Shown: positions 1 to 15,842, numbered from the stretch's first letter. The stretch: DNA of 64,000 nucleotides from the human T2T-CHM13v2.0 reference genome, Homo sapiens (GCF_009914755.1 NC_060932.1); one strand, 5' to 3'. The notes: generated from the sequence alone by a model not told the origin. Program-made: numbers and translations.

Positions 1-446
1 CAATGATACAAGATACATTTTCAGGGCTGAGTTAGGGTGGGAGGTGGGGGTTGGGTGGTAGTATATAACAAAACATCACACTAAAATAGTAGCCTAGTTT
101 GACCAACATTCTGTATTATAAGGTCTTTCTATACCAGTGAGTTGGGGAGTGCAGACAGAAGGGGAATAATTAAAATGGAATTTACTTAGATTTGTCAGTT
201 ATCTTCATCGATATACTTTAATTTTTTGGACAACTTGAAATTTAACAGTTACCGGTATTTCTAATTACTTTAATGCACTTGGAAAACTACCCAGAACAGA
301 CCATGATTTCTTCTTGTCCAAGCAAACAAAAATCAATTAGTGTCAGTTTCATTCTGAGCATTGTTTTGTTTTGCCTACAATCTGTTTAAGGGCACATGTG
401 ACACTTATTCATACATGTCTGGCACTGCAATGTTCCTGTTTAACTA

Positions 447-896
<450 letters not shown>

Positions 897-1454
897 TTAG
901 TTTCACATGAAGTAGCAAATGCACCAAAATTCTGTTTTGCCACACTTCCATTTGGCAAAGGGGAGATGGGACAGAACTTGGGACTCAACAGAGTTTTCTC
1001 CTTCTGTAATTATGTCAAAACTTTACAGAAAAAGTGGCTGCCCTTCATCCATGCATTGTCAAGAACCTTTGCTCAAAGCACACCCATGTAATGAAGTGGA
1101 GAAAATGACCATCTGCCTGCTGGTTCCAGAAACCTGGTTCTCTATCAAAAGACCTGGACCGCCACCGCCAGTGGAGCCTCCACCACAGAAAGCTGGTGTG
1201 CCATGTGGAAGCTGAGATCTATACGCCAGCTGGAAAGTCACTTCTTCAAGCTCAGGAATGGGTTCTTGCACTTCAGACAGGTCCTGACATCATGCCCAGC
1301 ATTGGGATGCTGGCTGGTGAATTGTCTGTGGTGTTGCTGCCCAGTAGAGAGTGGTGGCAGCGATGCCTCGACTTTTGCTGAGAAGATAAGGTTGCCATAA
1401 TTCAGTGTTGAAAATAGAGGATGTGTAGCATCTAATGAGGGTGAGGGGAGAGGT

Positions 1455-1915
1455 GGTGTGGAACAGTGGCAGAACATGGGTTTGGAGTCAGGGAGAGCTG
1501 AATTCAAATCCCAGGCTTCTGTCCCCTAACTTGCAACCATGATCAAATTACTTCACCTTTTCTAATCTCAGTTTTTCTTATCTGTAAGATATAAATAACA
1601 ATGTGTATCTCACAGTGCTGAAATGAGGTATAATGAGATATAGGCACACATCCCTAGTCCAAGAATCTGAAATCCAAAATTCTCCAAAATCTAAACCTTT
1701 CTGAGCACTGACATGATGCTTAAAGGAAATGTTCATTGGATCATTTTGGATTTTGGATTTTTCAGATTAGGGATGCTCAACCAGTAAGTAAGTACAGAAT
1801 GCAAATATTCCAAAACCCGAAATCAGAAGCACTTCTAGATGCAAGCATTTTGGATAAGGAATACTCAACCTGTAATACATATAAAGGATTCAGCACAGTG
1901 CTTGGTGTGTGCCAA
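1455..1915 (+). mobile_element. MIR SINE split by a Tigger4a insertion
   Basis: MIR core (ttcaaatcccagg...ctcagtttttcttatctgtaa) to ~1640, resuming after 1872 (cagcacagtgcttgg). Confidence 0.7.
1641..1872 (+). mobile_element. Tigger4a/MER46-type MITE (TcMar-Tigger)
   Basis: Matches recalled consensus (aaaggaaatgttcattgg...ttagggatgctcaacc...ggataaggaatactcaacctg), followed by TA. Confidence 0.8.
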
Positions 1916-2565
1916 ACTGGGATGAGTTTGCGTCCTAACTGCTTTGCCCATGCTGGGCTTGACCAGACCATAAGACAGATGACATTACTCACACACAGAG
2001 GTTCTCCCATGGTCTAAGCTCGGGGGGAGGTCCTAGGAGGAGGCAGATAGGAAATAGGTACCAACAGTTATAAGGCATGGTCCCTAACCTAAAAGAGTTT
2101 ATTTTCTGGCTGGAGAATCATAGTTAACACAGGAAACAAGTAGCACAAAGACTGGTATCAAATCGAGCTCCAGCATATGTACTGCAGATCAGGGGTGGGG
2201 GAGAAGCTCAAAGAGGTGGATATCAGCAAAGGCTGGCCAAGCATAGCAGAAGGGAGTGGACCTGGGTGGAGCTCCCACCGAATCACTTGACCCAGAAGAC
2301 GAACCACCCTAGACATGGGTCTATTTCTCAGTTCACATCAGTTACGCATGGCCATTATTATTGAGAAAAAAAAAGAACTTATTATATACATACTCACAAA
2401 CATGTGTAGACCTTTTGAGGAAGGGCACTAAATAGGTACAAAATGAAGAGTCGTGTTTAAAAATGACTCTTCCTGTCTACTCCCAAATTAAAACAGTTGA
2501 TATTCTACTTGTAATTGTCCTTCCTTACTTATTAAATGGAGGGCAGGGGGCTTGATCCTGTCGTA

Positions 2566-2862
<297 letters not shown>

Positions 2863-2904
2863 CTACCTTACCTATGAATATGAAGGAATGAGGCAGCATT
2901 TTAA

Positions 2905-3560
2905 AAACCTTTTATTATGAATAATTTCAAGCAAACAAAAGAAACAGGATAGCATAATGAATCCCCAGTACTTACCATTCAGCTTCAAGAATTGTCAAAA
3001 TATCGCCATTCTCATCTCAGCTACAGTAGACCCCTTATCCAAGAGGTCTATGCTCTAAGACCCCAGTGGATGTCTGAAACCTCAGAGAATATCAAACCCT
3101 ATATTATGCTTTTTCCTATACATACCTATGATAAAGTGTAATTTATAAGTTAGGCACAGTAAGACATTAATGACAATAATATTTGAAATAGAACAATTAT
3201 AAAAAGATATTGAAATAAAAGTATATAAATGTGGCTTCTCTTTTTTTCTCTCAAAATGTCTTATTGTACTGTACCTTGGGTAACTGAAACCACAGAAAGT
3301 GAAGCCTCCAAAGTGGACGGGGGAACTACTGTTTACCACCACCCACTCCCAACCCCCTACTCAACAATGATAATAATCACAGGTTTGGGTTTTTTTGTAG
3401 GTAAAATTTACATACATTGAAATGCACAAATCTTAGCTGTCCAATTTACACTGTGATCAAGAAGTAGACTATTTCCATCTTCCCAAAAAGTCATCTTGTG
3501 TTCCCTCCCAGTCCATCCTACCCCCACCACCAGCAAAGCAATACTCTTCTGATTTTTTTC
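2905..3560 (-). mobile_element. Old L1M 3' fragments flanking a MER44 element
   Basis: L1MC/ME-like 3'UTR motifs at ~2905-3020 and ~3390-3560. Confidence 0.5.
3024..3331 (+). mobile_element. MER44A-like MITE (Tigger7 family)
   Basis: TA then cagtagaccccttatcc ... gggggaactactg terminal inverted repeats; internal catacctatgataaagt...ttaggcacagtaaga. Confidence 0.8.
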
Positions 3561-4171
3561 TTTGCCCTGAAGAGTTTTTTGATGACATCTTTTTAAGTTA
3601 TATTTTTAGCATAATAGGTTTGGGAAAATCCCTAAAACCCATGAGTCCACAAATCATCTCATATAGTGTCACATCTTGAACATGGTGGTAACATATGCAA
3701 AATTTTACATGAATAAGTGTCAGTCATCCAACCCAACAGATAATTCACTGTGTTTCTAATATGTGACAGGGCCCAGAGATTCAAAGAATAAACTTAAAGG
3801 AACCTCAGTTGTCATTCAGAAAATTATCAATATAATTGCTCACAATTCAGGGGTACAGCCTGTCTAGCGCTGTGTCTGTTTTCAATTGTGTCCATGTTAA
3901 CATGTTAGAATCTGGGGAAATTCCTTCCAGAAAGTTCCTATCATAGTGGCAAACATTAAGATGGCGGCATCTATCACTCCCCGTAAGTGCTCACGTTCTT
4001 ATCAAAGTGATCTCAGCAAAACACAAGGTCATGTTACAGTCGAAGGGAGAGGCAGAGCCTCATGGTCGCAAGGTTAAGATGAACATGAAGATTGTATTGC
4101 CTACCCCCCGAAAATAATAGGAGAAGAGAGAGAAGAAAGAATCAAACCACTCTTATAAATTGTGTGTGTGA

Positions 4172-4591
<420 letters not shown>

Positions 4592-6900
4592 TAGGCACAC
4601 TAAGGGGAACCTGGGCCCTGTCTGAGGATTACGTGGAGGTAAAGAGCCTTCTCTCTGAGGCTGCTTTAATTCACTCCACAAGCTCCTTGTCATACTGTCC
4701 ATTAATACTCCCCACACATTCCTGCCACAAAATATGGGGCTTTCACAAGCCAGCTGATTTCATCATTGTCCATTTGGGTGGAGTGAGACTTAGTTCCAAA
4801 GTGAACATTTCCCGAATGACATACCCTGATGGTTCAGATGCACTTCATTATTTTCTATTAACAATAGAAATAAATTTTAATCTCTTGCTGGCTCACGCTG
4901 GCCTCTCATGACAGCTAGGGAATTAACCTGAATTATGTCAGTGTCCATAAAATTTATTACAAGATTTTAAATTATGTCCAAATGTATGTGTGTGTGCATG
5001 TGTACGTATAGATATGAGGCAAGTTCCAGGTTTTAATATTCCAAATATCTCAGATGGTGAGGTAGCTGGAAGAGCCTGCCAATTCAACTGAATTTTCAAA
5101 ATGTGATGGATTTAATTCATAAACTCCACAACAGGAAACCAGACCTGTTTGGTGGTTATTTCTATACATAGAGACACACACTTAAATACTGACTTTTACA
5201 TACATTTGCTTTACTTCTGGAAGAATGAACTACATTATACAGGTGAAGATATATTTGGTACAGTCAAAACTTCAAATTTAAGTTCCTTCACTGTTTACTG
5301 ATGAACAGTGACAACACTGATATTCGTCTATTTGGAGAAGTTAAGATTTCTGAACGTTTTAGGACCAAAGGAAGTGGAATGCGCATTCCAACATCATCTT
5401 ACTCCCAGGCCTTCCCCTTCCACAAGCCAACTTCTTTCCCCTAGTGAGTATTTCCTGGGTCACGAAGGCTGACCCTTCCCATCTGGAATCAATCAGTCAA
5501 CCCCTGACAACTTCCTGAAACACCTCACTCCATTTCCTGTTCTCTCCCCCTTCTCGTTTTCCCCCTGGTTTGCTTCACTCTTCAAAACTGCAGGCCACAG
5601 CAGCTTAATGTTAGAGGGTCAGGCACAGTTAGACTCCAAAACACTACACAAGGACACCTTTGACCTTCAAAAATCTTTACATCTTAGCTAAACAAATCAA
5701 GGTCAACATTTCTTACCATTACCTTGTTAACTATTTGTATGCATCTCTGCCAAGGGTCTTCTGATCATATAACCATCAATACCACTTATTCACCTAAGAT
5801 CAACTGATCTGCTTTAAAAGAAGCAAATGTAGTATGGATAAAAGGTGCCATTCGGAGGTGCCTGAAACTGAAAATCGCCAGCATTATATTAGCAAACATA
5901 CGGATAGTAATCCATACAAAGGAACTTCTATGCCTCATCGTCTCCTGTCACCTAGACCTGATAACGTGTCTTTTCTAAGGCTGTCACTCTATTGGCACTG
6001 CCATTCTGCTGGCATGGCCCTAAAGAATGCCAATTAGGAATACAGATGTCCATAATTTGTGTGGGATGGACCCCCAGTTTCTGCTGCTGACACTGGTGAC
6101 AGTTTTCATTTATTTCTTAGAGTTGATACATCTGTATTACAGCTCAAAGCCTGCAGATCTGAAAACTAAGTCATGGTAAATGACAGCTCTCCTCAACTGA
6201 TATATTGCAATGCAAAAGCAACAACCAATTTATTTAGGACAAAGTACCTTTAACCCAAGTTTCTGAGAGAGAAATCAGGATCAATTGAAATTGCTTGCAT
6301 TTTTTTCTAAATAAAAGTGGTTTTCGCCTTCTGCCATTCCCTATTTTGCTTTGATGTGATCTCTCATTTTTAGTAACACCAACTCAACAAACAGACCAAT
6401 TGGAGAGTGACGGTGGTAGGTTCCATTTTAAATCATTTAATTATATGGCAATGTTAGTTGGTTATACAGAAATAGAAACATGAATAAAAAGTCTGTATCT
6501 TCCCATGAAAAATACAAGAAAGTTTTAAGAACGGAATCTACAAGTACGTTAGCAGTCTTCTACCAGTTCTCAAGAAAACCGATCGGCTTTCTCAAATTCT
6601 ATTTTTCTTTTCATTCCCCAAAAGTTCTCCCATGTCCCTCACTCCAATAATTTATACAAAGCAGGAGCTGAGTTGTAAAGGAGCCCTTTCCTGCTAGTAA
6701 AAGGCCACAGTGGGGGTCACCCTTCAGGTGGACACATCCGTTAATCTGCCTGAACAGCTAATTTTCCAATAGAGGAGTTATTTCTTTAGTTATCAGAATG
6801 ATAGCATGTGCCATGGAGACTTTTACCAAACTGACTTATTCCTACCCTTTGGTTATTTTTATAGCCCTTCTCTAAAATGTCCTTGGCTTTTTGGAACACC

Positions 6901-6904
6901 GTGT

Positions 6905-6939
<35 letters not shown>
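6901..6939. repeat. (TG)n microsatellite
   Basis: Direct reading. Confidence 0.95.
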
Positions 6940-6943
<4 letters not shown>

Positions 6944-8330
6944 AAGTACTTATCCTTCTCAAAACTCTAACTGTATGATTTAGTTGAATTACATAAGCCA
7001 AAGGAATGGCCAGTTGGGCCCTACTCCCAGCTAGGCTTTTTCAGCTCCTACCCAGGTGTTTCTACAAAGACCCTAAGTCTCATACAAAGAGGCTGAAAGA
7101 AAAAGAGAAGTCAAAATGAAAAATGTGTGGAATCACCAAATGATCTGCTCTTTGAAACAGACGACAATTCCAATGTCTGCAGTCACTAGAGAATAATTAC
7201 ACTGGTCAGAAACCTCCCCGTATGGGCCAGAGTCTTTGCTTTGAAAACACACCAAGTTCTACCATTAGTCAGACACAGTTCCCCACCCTTTCAATGAGGG
7301 TCATGCACCTCCTAGCTGAATGTGGGGCCTTTGGTAGTTTAATCTCAGTAAAGCTATAACACATCGCATTTATAGCACACTCCACATTGAAGACTCTGAT
7401 ACCCTACTTATGAATGTGCATACACTCAGCTAAATAAAATGGTCTCGAAAATTCCTGTTATTTTGCCAAGAGTGGGAAAAAAAATTCTTTATGACATTTT
7501 ACATCTGGAAATGGAATTAAATTCATGAAGTGCTTTTCCCTTATAACTGTTCGGTTGCCATATATGTTATTTCAGCTTTCCCAAAGCATAACTGTTATGT
7601 GGGATTTTATTTTCCACCTGTGGAAGGAGGAAAGGGACAGAGAAACCATTAAAGGGACAGAGAAAATCAAGACAGACTTCTGGCTATGGCGAGCGACCAA
7701 GCTGCAGTTCCATATTGCAAGGAGAAATACACGTCGGGTTTTTACACAATCCCGAATTCTCATCATGGACAAGGTGAATCTAATGACACAGTTTTGTCTA
7801 AGCCTCCATTAATTCAATCCAGGCTAACAACTAACAAATGGGCTACTGCAGTTTGTTCTGCCCTACCACTTTATTCTTGGCACACATATTTTCAAGCCAG
7901 ATTTAAGGCCCAGATTCTTCTTTGTTATGGGACTCCAGAGTCTCCAAAATTACCTTTAAACACCTACCCCACAAGCATGGATTTTGTCATTTTCTTTAAA
8001 AGGAATTCCCAGAATTCTCAGCAATGGCTGTTTCATATTCCCGAAGGCTAAATTTTCTGTTCAGTGAAGAATCAAGTCCCAGACAGGAGAACACAGAGTT
8101 GACTGCCATAGAGACAGATGTGGGAGGTTCTGGGTTGCTCCAGCAGAGAGAAGGGACTGGGCATCAATGGCATTACTCCTGAGAAGACGTGCTCTTTTCT
8201 TTTTTTTTAAAAAAAAATACATATTTTTAATTCTGTCAAGTTTAAACTGATATACTTGATGACAAGAATATAAACTAAACCAACACTGGTCAATTTACTC
8301 AGTTTAAAAAATTTCTTTTAACTATTTTAC

Positions 8331-8893
8331 TTTTTTTTTTCTTGTGTAATTTCAACTTTTATTTTAGATTCAAGGAGTATACATGCAGGTTTATTACACG
8401 AGTATGTTGTGTGACACTGCAGTTTGAGATATGAATGATCCTGTCACCCAGGTAGTGAGCATAATTCCTAATAGGTAGTTTTTCAGCCCTCTCCTCCTTC
8501 CCTTTCTTTCCCTGCTAGTAATCCCTAGTGTCTATTACCCCCATCTTTATGTCCATTGGTACCCAATGCTTAGCATCCACTTACAAGTGAGAACATGCAG
8601 TATTTGGTTTTCTGTTCCTACATTTATTTGTTTAGGATCATGGCCTCCAGCTGTGTCCATGGTGCTGCAAAGGACATGATTTCATTCTTTTTTGTGGTTG
8701 TGAAGTATTCCATGGTGTCTATGTACCACATTTTATCTGATCCACCATTGATGAGCATCTAGGTTGATTCCATGTCTTTGTTATTGTGAATAATGCAGCA
8801 ATGAACATACAAATGTGCATGTCTTTCGGGTAGAACAATTTCCTTTCCTTTGAGTATATACCCAGCAATGGGATTGCTGGGTCAAATGATAGT
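8331..8893 (-). mobile_element. L1 3' end, old primate subfamily (L1PA15/16-like)
   Basis: ttttattttagattca...cacccaggtagtgagcat...gtgagaacatgcagtatttgg...tacccagcaatgggattgctgggtcaaatg. Confidence 0.85.
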
Positions 8894-11152
8894 TTGATTT
8901 TATTTTTTTCATTTTAACTAGAGAAGATACTTTCTTAAGGAACCAGACAGCACTGTGTTTCCATCAGTCACTGGGTATTTATTGAGACCCCTAGGCGCTC
9001 TGCTACATGCAATGGAAGTTTATAGGAAACATTGTCGCAGCCTTAAGGAGCTCACCCTACGGTGGACAAAGCATAGCAAACACTAGACATAATCAGAAAA
9101 TATTATTGCACGGTAATCTGTCATTGAGGATTAAACTGTGGCCACTGTGTACTCTAGGGGCCCAACGCTGGGAAGAATCAGCATAAATTGAAGGCTATCA
9201 CAGCCATTTTCATCAAGAAAGTGAGATTTAAGAACAGACCTTGAAGAACTGGGGGAGTTACACAACTTGAGATTACTGAGATGATTATTCTGGCACCTAA
9301 GAAGAATTCTAATTGGCATAAAGGAAGTAGTATGCCCAAGAGCTCTCCGTTGGTGTATTTTGGCTAATTTGGCTTTAGAGTAAACACCTTCTAGAGCTTA
9401 CTTTTAAAAACCCAATTGAGAAATCCAGTGGCAATTAAAAAAAAAAAAACCAGCTTTTCATGTCATTGAGGAGTGTGAAGATCATTCATCTGCTTTGCAA
9501 TACTGAATGTCTCTTCATCTTAAAGGCCACAGATACTTGCTACTCCCACCCTAGCTCATTTTATTCCATTGAACCCATTACTTTTCCCAACTAAAATTTG
9601 TGCCAAGTGGGATGGTTACGGTCAAGGGCAATATTTTACTAGCAAAAGTTTTGAGAGCCACAGGGGAGCCATAACATATTTGATGCAGTTCTTTGTTTGG
9701 CTTGGGCATTCTTGTCTAGGAAGCTCTAGCCCCAGGGACAACCTGAATCACCTGTGGCCTATCAAAAATCAGGAGCACACAGGCCCTGGAAGCAGCTGAG
9801 GAACTATGCACTCTTATTGCAGGACTAAGAACACTTTGCTTTCCAGGAAGTTCTGCATTCGATAGTCCTGGAATGGGTTCAGCGGCAGGTTTGTGTCCAA
9901 ATTAGAGTCCCTTAAAATATTTGAGCATTTAGATTGTGTTTCCAGCTAACTGCAGTCTGACATATCCTCTCCCAAAAGTTTCCCAGGCAACTACTGGTTT
10001 TCATTTCTCACCTTATACTTTTACAAAGAGCTCAAAACTCATTTCCTGGGTGAGTCAGTCAAGATTTCTGTCATCCTGATTCTTGTCCCCATTCAAGACA
10101 CCAAAATTTAGGGGTGGAGGCAGCAGAAGGTTCTAACAGCAGAGAAAAGCCTGAAGTCACTCCAGAGAGCCTTCCCCAAGCTTACATCATTGGACTAAGA
10201 GAAAGATCCTCCGACCCTCCACAGTTTTTTTTTTTTTTTCTGACTCCAAATAGATAATTATGATTTCTTAACTAGGACTATCTGGTTTGTTTTATCATCA
10301 GATAATGGACTCACCTGCTGATCAGAGAGGCCATAAGTCAAGTGATTTCCATTATGTGCTTTAAAACTGCTGCTCAGTAGCACTCCGGATTTCAAATGGT
10401 AGATGAGATCACAGAGCAGCTGGAGCAGCTCTCACACTGAAAGATGTGAACTGAAGAAACCTGCAGGCAGCTGGAGCTGTATTAAATTTTTACCATTTGG
10501 AGTTAATTTAAACTCTCGTTTCCCTCTCCAACGGGTGTGAGAGAAACATTCAACATTTTTTATTTAAGGAAAATAGATGGTGGTGCCATTAAAAAGTTTT
10601 ATATAAGAGCTGGGGGTTTAAAAATCATAAGGGGTTGCTGGATGGAGCTTGGCTCTTTTCCAAGACATGAGTAGCCGTGCCCTTTGCTCTCACGTCGTTT
10701 AGTAAACCCGACTAATGGCTCGTGCCCAGCTGTGTGTACGAGGTGTCTTTGTCAGAGCCATTCATTTGCCCCATCGTTCTTCTGCAGTTGTCGCATCCAG
10801 CATGTTGCAGCAACAGGCACGAGGCCTCTCACATGATCCAAGTGGACGCCAGTCAGTCCCAACGGGGCCTCACTTCCTTTCTCCATTCCCATCCGGCAGA
10901 TCTTTCTGCCCTTGGTTCCCTTCTCTCCCACACCGGGCGCTTCTTCTTGCTTTCTCACAGGCCTGGCAGATGCGCCAGGTGTGTTTTCAAAAAGCTCCAA
11001 CCCCTTCCCTCGAACCCTTCAAATCCCCATCAAGATGCCCTTCCAGCAGGCCCATCCTGGGCTTGCATGCAACCTGGAACCAACTCAGCACTGAAGGCTT
11101 CCCCAGCCTGACTCCTGGAATGATTTTTCTTTCATTAGAAATGTGTCTGTCT

Positions 11153-11454
11153 GGCCAGGTGTGGTGGCTCACACCTGTAATCCCAACAATTTGCGAAGCC
11201 AAGGCGAGTGAATCACTTGAGCCCAGGGGTTCGAGACCAGCCTGGGCAACATAGCAAAACCCTGTCTCTACAAAAAACACAAAAATTAGCTGGTTTTTTG
11301 TGTTGCATGCACCTGTAGTCCCAGCTACTTGGGAGATTGAAGCAGGAGGATCACTTATGCCCAAAAGACCAAGGCTGTAGTGAACCAATATTGCACCACT
11401 GCACTCCAGCCTCAGTGACAGAGTAAGACCCTGTCTGTAAAAAAAGAAAGAAAA
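11153..11454 (+). mobile_element. Alu (AluJ-type) with target-site duplication
   Basis: Diverged Alu dimer; TSD agaaatgtgtctgtct / agaaatatatctgtct. Confidence 0.93.
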
Positions 11455-11716
11455 AGAAATATATCTGTCTTTCCATATCTACTGACATATCTCTTGAGGC
11501 CAAGGATGACACGACCTGCACATATATCTCAGTCCTCTCCCTAGCATGACTCTGTAAATTAAAAATGATTATTCTGGTGGACCTAATCTAAAAAGGGAGT
11601 AATTTAGGGGGTAAATTTGAGACACCCAAGGGTCTCTCATGAAAGTTCAGCAAATTGAGGTAAGCATCTTTATCTTAATTACAAGTAAGCTGTCGATTAG
11701 AGTGAAGTTCATTAAA

Positions 11717-11789
11717 AACTAACCTGCACATTGTGCACATGTACCCTAAAACTTAAAGTATAATAATAATAAAATAAAAAATAAAAAAA
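11717..11789 (+). mobile_element. Extreme 3' tip of a young L1PA (L1PA2/3-like)
   Basis: aactaacctgcacattgtgcacatgtaccctaaaacttaaagtataataataataaa plus A-rich tail. Confidence 0.88.
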
Positions 11790-11819
11790 GTGAGAAAACT
11801 AAAAAAAAAATGATTAGGC

Positions 11820-12110
11820 AGGATGAAGAGAGGTTGGTTAATGGGTACAAACATACAGTTAGAAGGTGTAACGTCTAATATTTGATAGAGTGGGGTGACT
11901 ACAGTTAACAACCATGTATTGTACATTTCAAACCAGCTAAAAGAGAGAACTTGCAATATTCCCAACGTAGAGAAATGATCAATTCTCATGATGATGGATG
12001 ACTATGGATACCCTAACTACTCTGACTTGATTATTACACATTCAATGCATGCAACAAAATATTGCATGTACCCCATAAAGATTGCAAACATTATATATCA
12101 ATAAAAAAAA
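11820..12110 (+). mobile_element. L1MA 3' end fragment
   Basis: gagaggttggttaatgggtacaaacatacagttaga ... catgtaccccataaa ... aataaaaaaaa. Confidence 0.8.
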
Positions 12111-12114
12111 TTTA

Positions 12115-12419
12115 GGCTGGGTGTGGTGGTTCACATTTGCAATCTCAGCATTTTGAGAGGTTGAGACGGGTGGGTGAATCACTTGATCTCAGGAGTTCAA
12201 GACCAGCCTGGGCAATGTGGCAAAACCCCGTCTCGATAAAAAATACAAAAATTAGCCAGGCCTGATGGCACACACCCGTAGTCCTAGCTACTTAAGGGGC
12301 TGAGGTGGGGAGATGGCTTGAGCTGGAGAGGCAGAGGTTGCAGTGAGCCAAGATTGTACCACTGCACTCCAGCTTGAGCAAAAGAGTGACATCTTGTCTC
12401 AAAAAAAAAAAAAAAAAAA
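12115..12419 (+). mobile_element. Alu (old, AluJ/S)
   Basis: Alu dimer with poly-A tail. Confidence 0.95.
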
Positions 12420-12884
12420 GTTAATGATTTTTGAGGTTGGACTGTGTCAAGGATCTCAATTCCAGAATGCTACTACATCTGAAACGACCTAATATACACG
12501 CTTGTGCTGCCCACAGGATAGAGAACACCCCAATGATCATGTATTTTTAAAATGAAGTCCTTTTGAGGCAGAGGGTAAAAACTCAGCATTCAGGCCTCTA
12601 AGCTTCCCAGTCTCAAGTAGATCTGCTGACATTTGTGTCCTATAATAGGTGATGCTGTGGAAAGCTCAGAAAACTATTCATAAGAGCATCCACACTTACT
12701 GTTACTATAATGGTGAGTATCATTTAGCTCCACAAACATCTATACTTGACCAAGCTGCTGAGTTCCAGCAAGCACCACAAACACAGCTGGCACTGTACGG
12801 AAGCCCACTGCTTCCAGGAAAGTCACCTGAATGTCACAGAGAAGCAGACTTGAGCTATGCAAACCACTCATTTATTTTTTATAT

Positions 12885-13022
12885 CCTTCCACTAGGATGC
12901 AAGCCCCTCAAGGGCAGGAATTTTATGATTTGCTCTCTGCTGTATCTCCAGCACCTAGGATAGTGCCTGGCACACAGAATTTCATCAGTAATATTGGCTG
13001 GGTGCATGAATAAATGAATGAG
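12885..13022 (+). mobile_element. L2 3' end
   Basis: agggcagg...tgtatctccagcacctaggatagtgcctggcacacag...tgaataaatgaatga. Confidence 0.75.
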
Positions 13023-14136
13023 TACCTCTATGTTTTCACTATGACTTGGAATAGACCCAGCCATCCTATCTATGACAGTGAATTAGCAACAATAAGCTCT
13101 AAATTATTGTCAATTCCTAGTGATTTTTAGAATGTGAATGTGGGAAATGACCGTGTGCCTGACTTCCTCTTCCTAGCTTGATTTTCTTTTGGATTTTACA
13201 ACTGCCTTCACTCCACCCACACAAGCAGAAAGAAATAAAGAATGGGATTCATTATGTCTTAACAGGCCTGTCAGCTTAAACTAGACATACATTTCTTTTC
13301 TTTTCCTTCATTGAGCTGTTAATCTGGGTGTTTCACCTAATTGTTCCATTTCAAGGAGGGCAGAAGTGATTTTCCGCATGCATGACCCATGGATTTAGAT
13401 ACTTTGAGGAGCCCTGGAAATCTTAAGTTTGTTTTCTCTTTTTTCCTTTTTTCTTTTGCTCTCTTAAAAATTTATTTAATAATAATCCATTATTTTAATC
13501 AATTATTTTAATAATTAATCTATTTATTTAATAATAATCTACAGAATGCCTGCCATTATGCTAGACATTGGCAATACATACAAAAATAAATAAAACATAT
13601 CGATTGCCTTCAAGCAGCACACAGTCTATTGGACAGACAAACAAGAACTGCAAGATGATGTGATAACTGGCAGGGTAGGGGCCTGCAGAGAAGGGTGTGT
13701 CAGCACAGACCCAGGAACCAACAGCTCCATTTGGAAGAGTCAGAAAATGCATCACTAAGGTGGTGACATTCAGCTGTAGCCTTAAAGCATGAAAAGGAGT
13801 CACAAGTTGGAGAGGGGTGAAGGGTTCCCAGGCAGAGGGGTGAACATATGGAAAGCTTCCTAGATGGAACAGAAATCAGAGATGGGTGTGTGGTGAGCAG
13901 CAGGCAGATGAGAACTTCTGGGACAGGCATGGCAGGTTTTCCTGGTAGGCAGAGGCTGAGTGGCCTTCTCAGCCATGCCTTTTTAAATCCAGGCTTTGTG
14001 TCCATGGACAGTTGATACCCATTTTAGTAGGTGTATGTATTTAATTTTTATGGATACGTAGCAGACATATATATTTATAGGGTTCATGAGATATTCTGAC
14101 ACAGGCATACAATGCACAGTAATCACATCAGGGTAA

Positions 14137-14312
<176 letters not shown>

Positions 14313-14392
14313 CCCTGACATATTTTAAGAGGTAACTCTGGCATTCATGCTGAGGACGGGTTAGACAGGGGAGGAATAAAGACAGGGGCTAC

Positions 14393-14810
<418 letters not shown>

Positions 14811-15079
14811 TCAGGGAACAAGCAGTGAGTTCTGTTTTGAACACGTGCTCATTAGTCATCCAGGGAAGATGCCCAGAAGGAAGCTAGCATTATATGCCTG
14901 CAGCTCTAAAGAAGTCTGAGAATATGGATACAGAAATCATCCAGGAACAGAGAGCATTTGAAGCCAAGAGAGTGGATGAGAGATCACCAGGAAAAGTCCT
15001 AAGTGGACAGATCCCCACTGTTAAAGGTTACCTTACATGAAGGATGCCTATTGGGCTTTAAATGAATTCCATTTCTTTA

Positions 15080-15262
15080 GACTAGAGGTCCATGGAAGCT
15101 TGAGATATTTCAAGTGGTCTGGAGACCCCTGAAATTTTAATTAAAACTTTAAACGTAGTATTTCAATGGGATACAGACTATAGCTTTTACCAGATTCTTA
15201 AAGGGGTCTGGGCCAAAAAAAAAAAAAAAAGGTTAAAAAGGGTTAAAAGGGTTAAAACCCTT
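15080..15262. mobile_element. MER103-like hAT-Charlie fragment
   Basis: acccctgaaatt...catagctttt-like ...ccagattcttaaaggggtctg...aaaaggttaa pattern. Confidence 0.5.
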
Positions 15263-15842
15263 TGTGTTTCAGTATTTTTTATGTCCTATAATACTTAGGA
15301 CTTGAATGAAATTAAAGAGAGGATTGGTTCAAGCTTGAAAATAACCTTGATGTAACAATTTTGGTCTGATTGGATGATTTTTGTAAAAAGAATCCAGGTT
15401 CCACCAGTGTTTGGGGGTAAGGGAAGGAGGGGGGAGAGTTTTATAGAGTTCAGGATTTGGGTAGAAATTTTTCATATTTCTATTCCATTCAGATCAAATC
15501 CTCACGAAAGAATCCTTCATATTAAATTTATGTTTGATCATATCACAAAAGTAGAGAATTGAAGGAATTGTGTATATGGCTCTAAATGATTGTCTTTGTC
15601 CTTCTGAGTGAGATACATACTCTAGGAATTTCTGAAAGTCACCATCCATTCAGATGACTGTCCTACCACCATGAGTATGCACTCTCTCTGGTTTTGTTTC
15701 ATATTTGGAACCTGAACTAAGTTTCTTACTTGACTATGATAGCATATTGCTAAGCCTGTCTTCATAATAACCTTCTCTATGAGAGAGCTTTCATTGAAGG
15801 TTATATTCTTAGTAGAATCTAAGTACAGTATAAAAATTGCCA

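Noticed and set aside
10715-11254. 179 aa plus-strand ORF
   Set aside because: No recognisable domain and it ends inside an Alu; consistent with a chance ORF in GC-richer DNA.
13470-13540. AT-rich degenerate tandem repeats (also the 14 bp duplication at 33283-33310 and ~62862-62936)
   Set aside because: Ordinary slippage products with no repeat-spacer structure, so not CRISPR-like.
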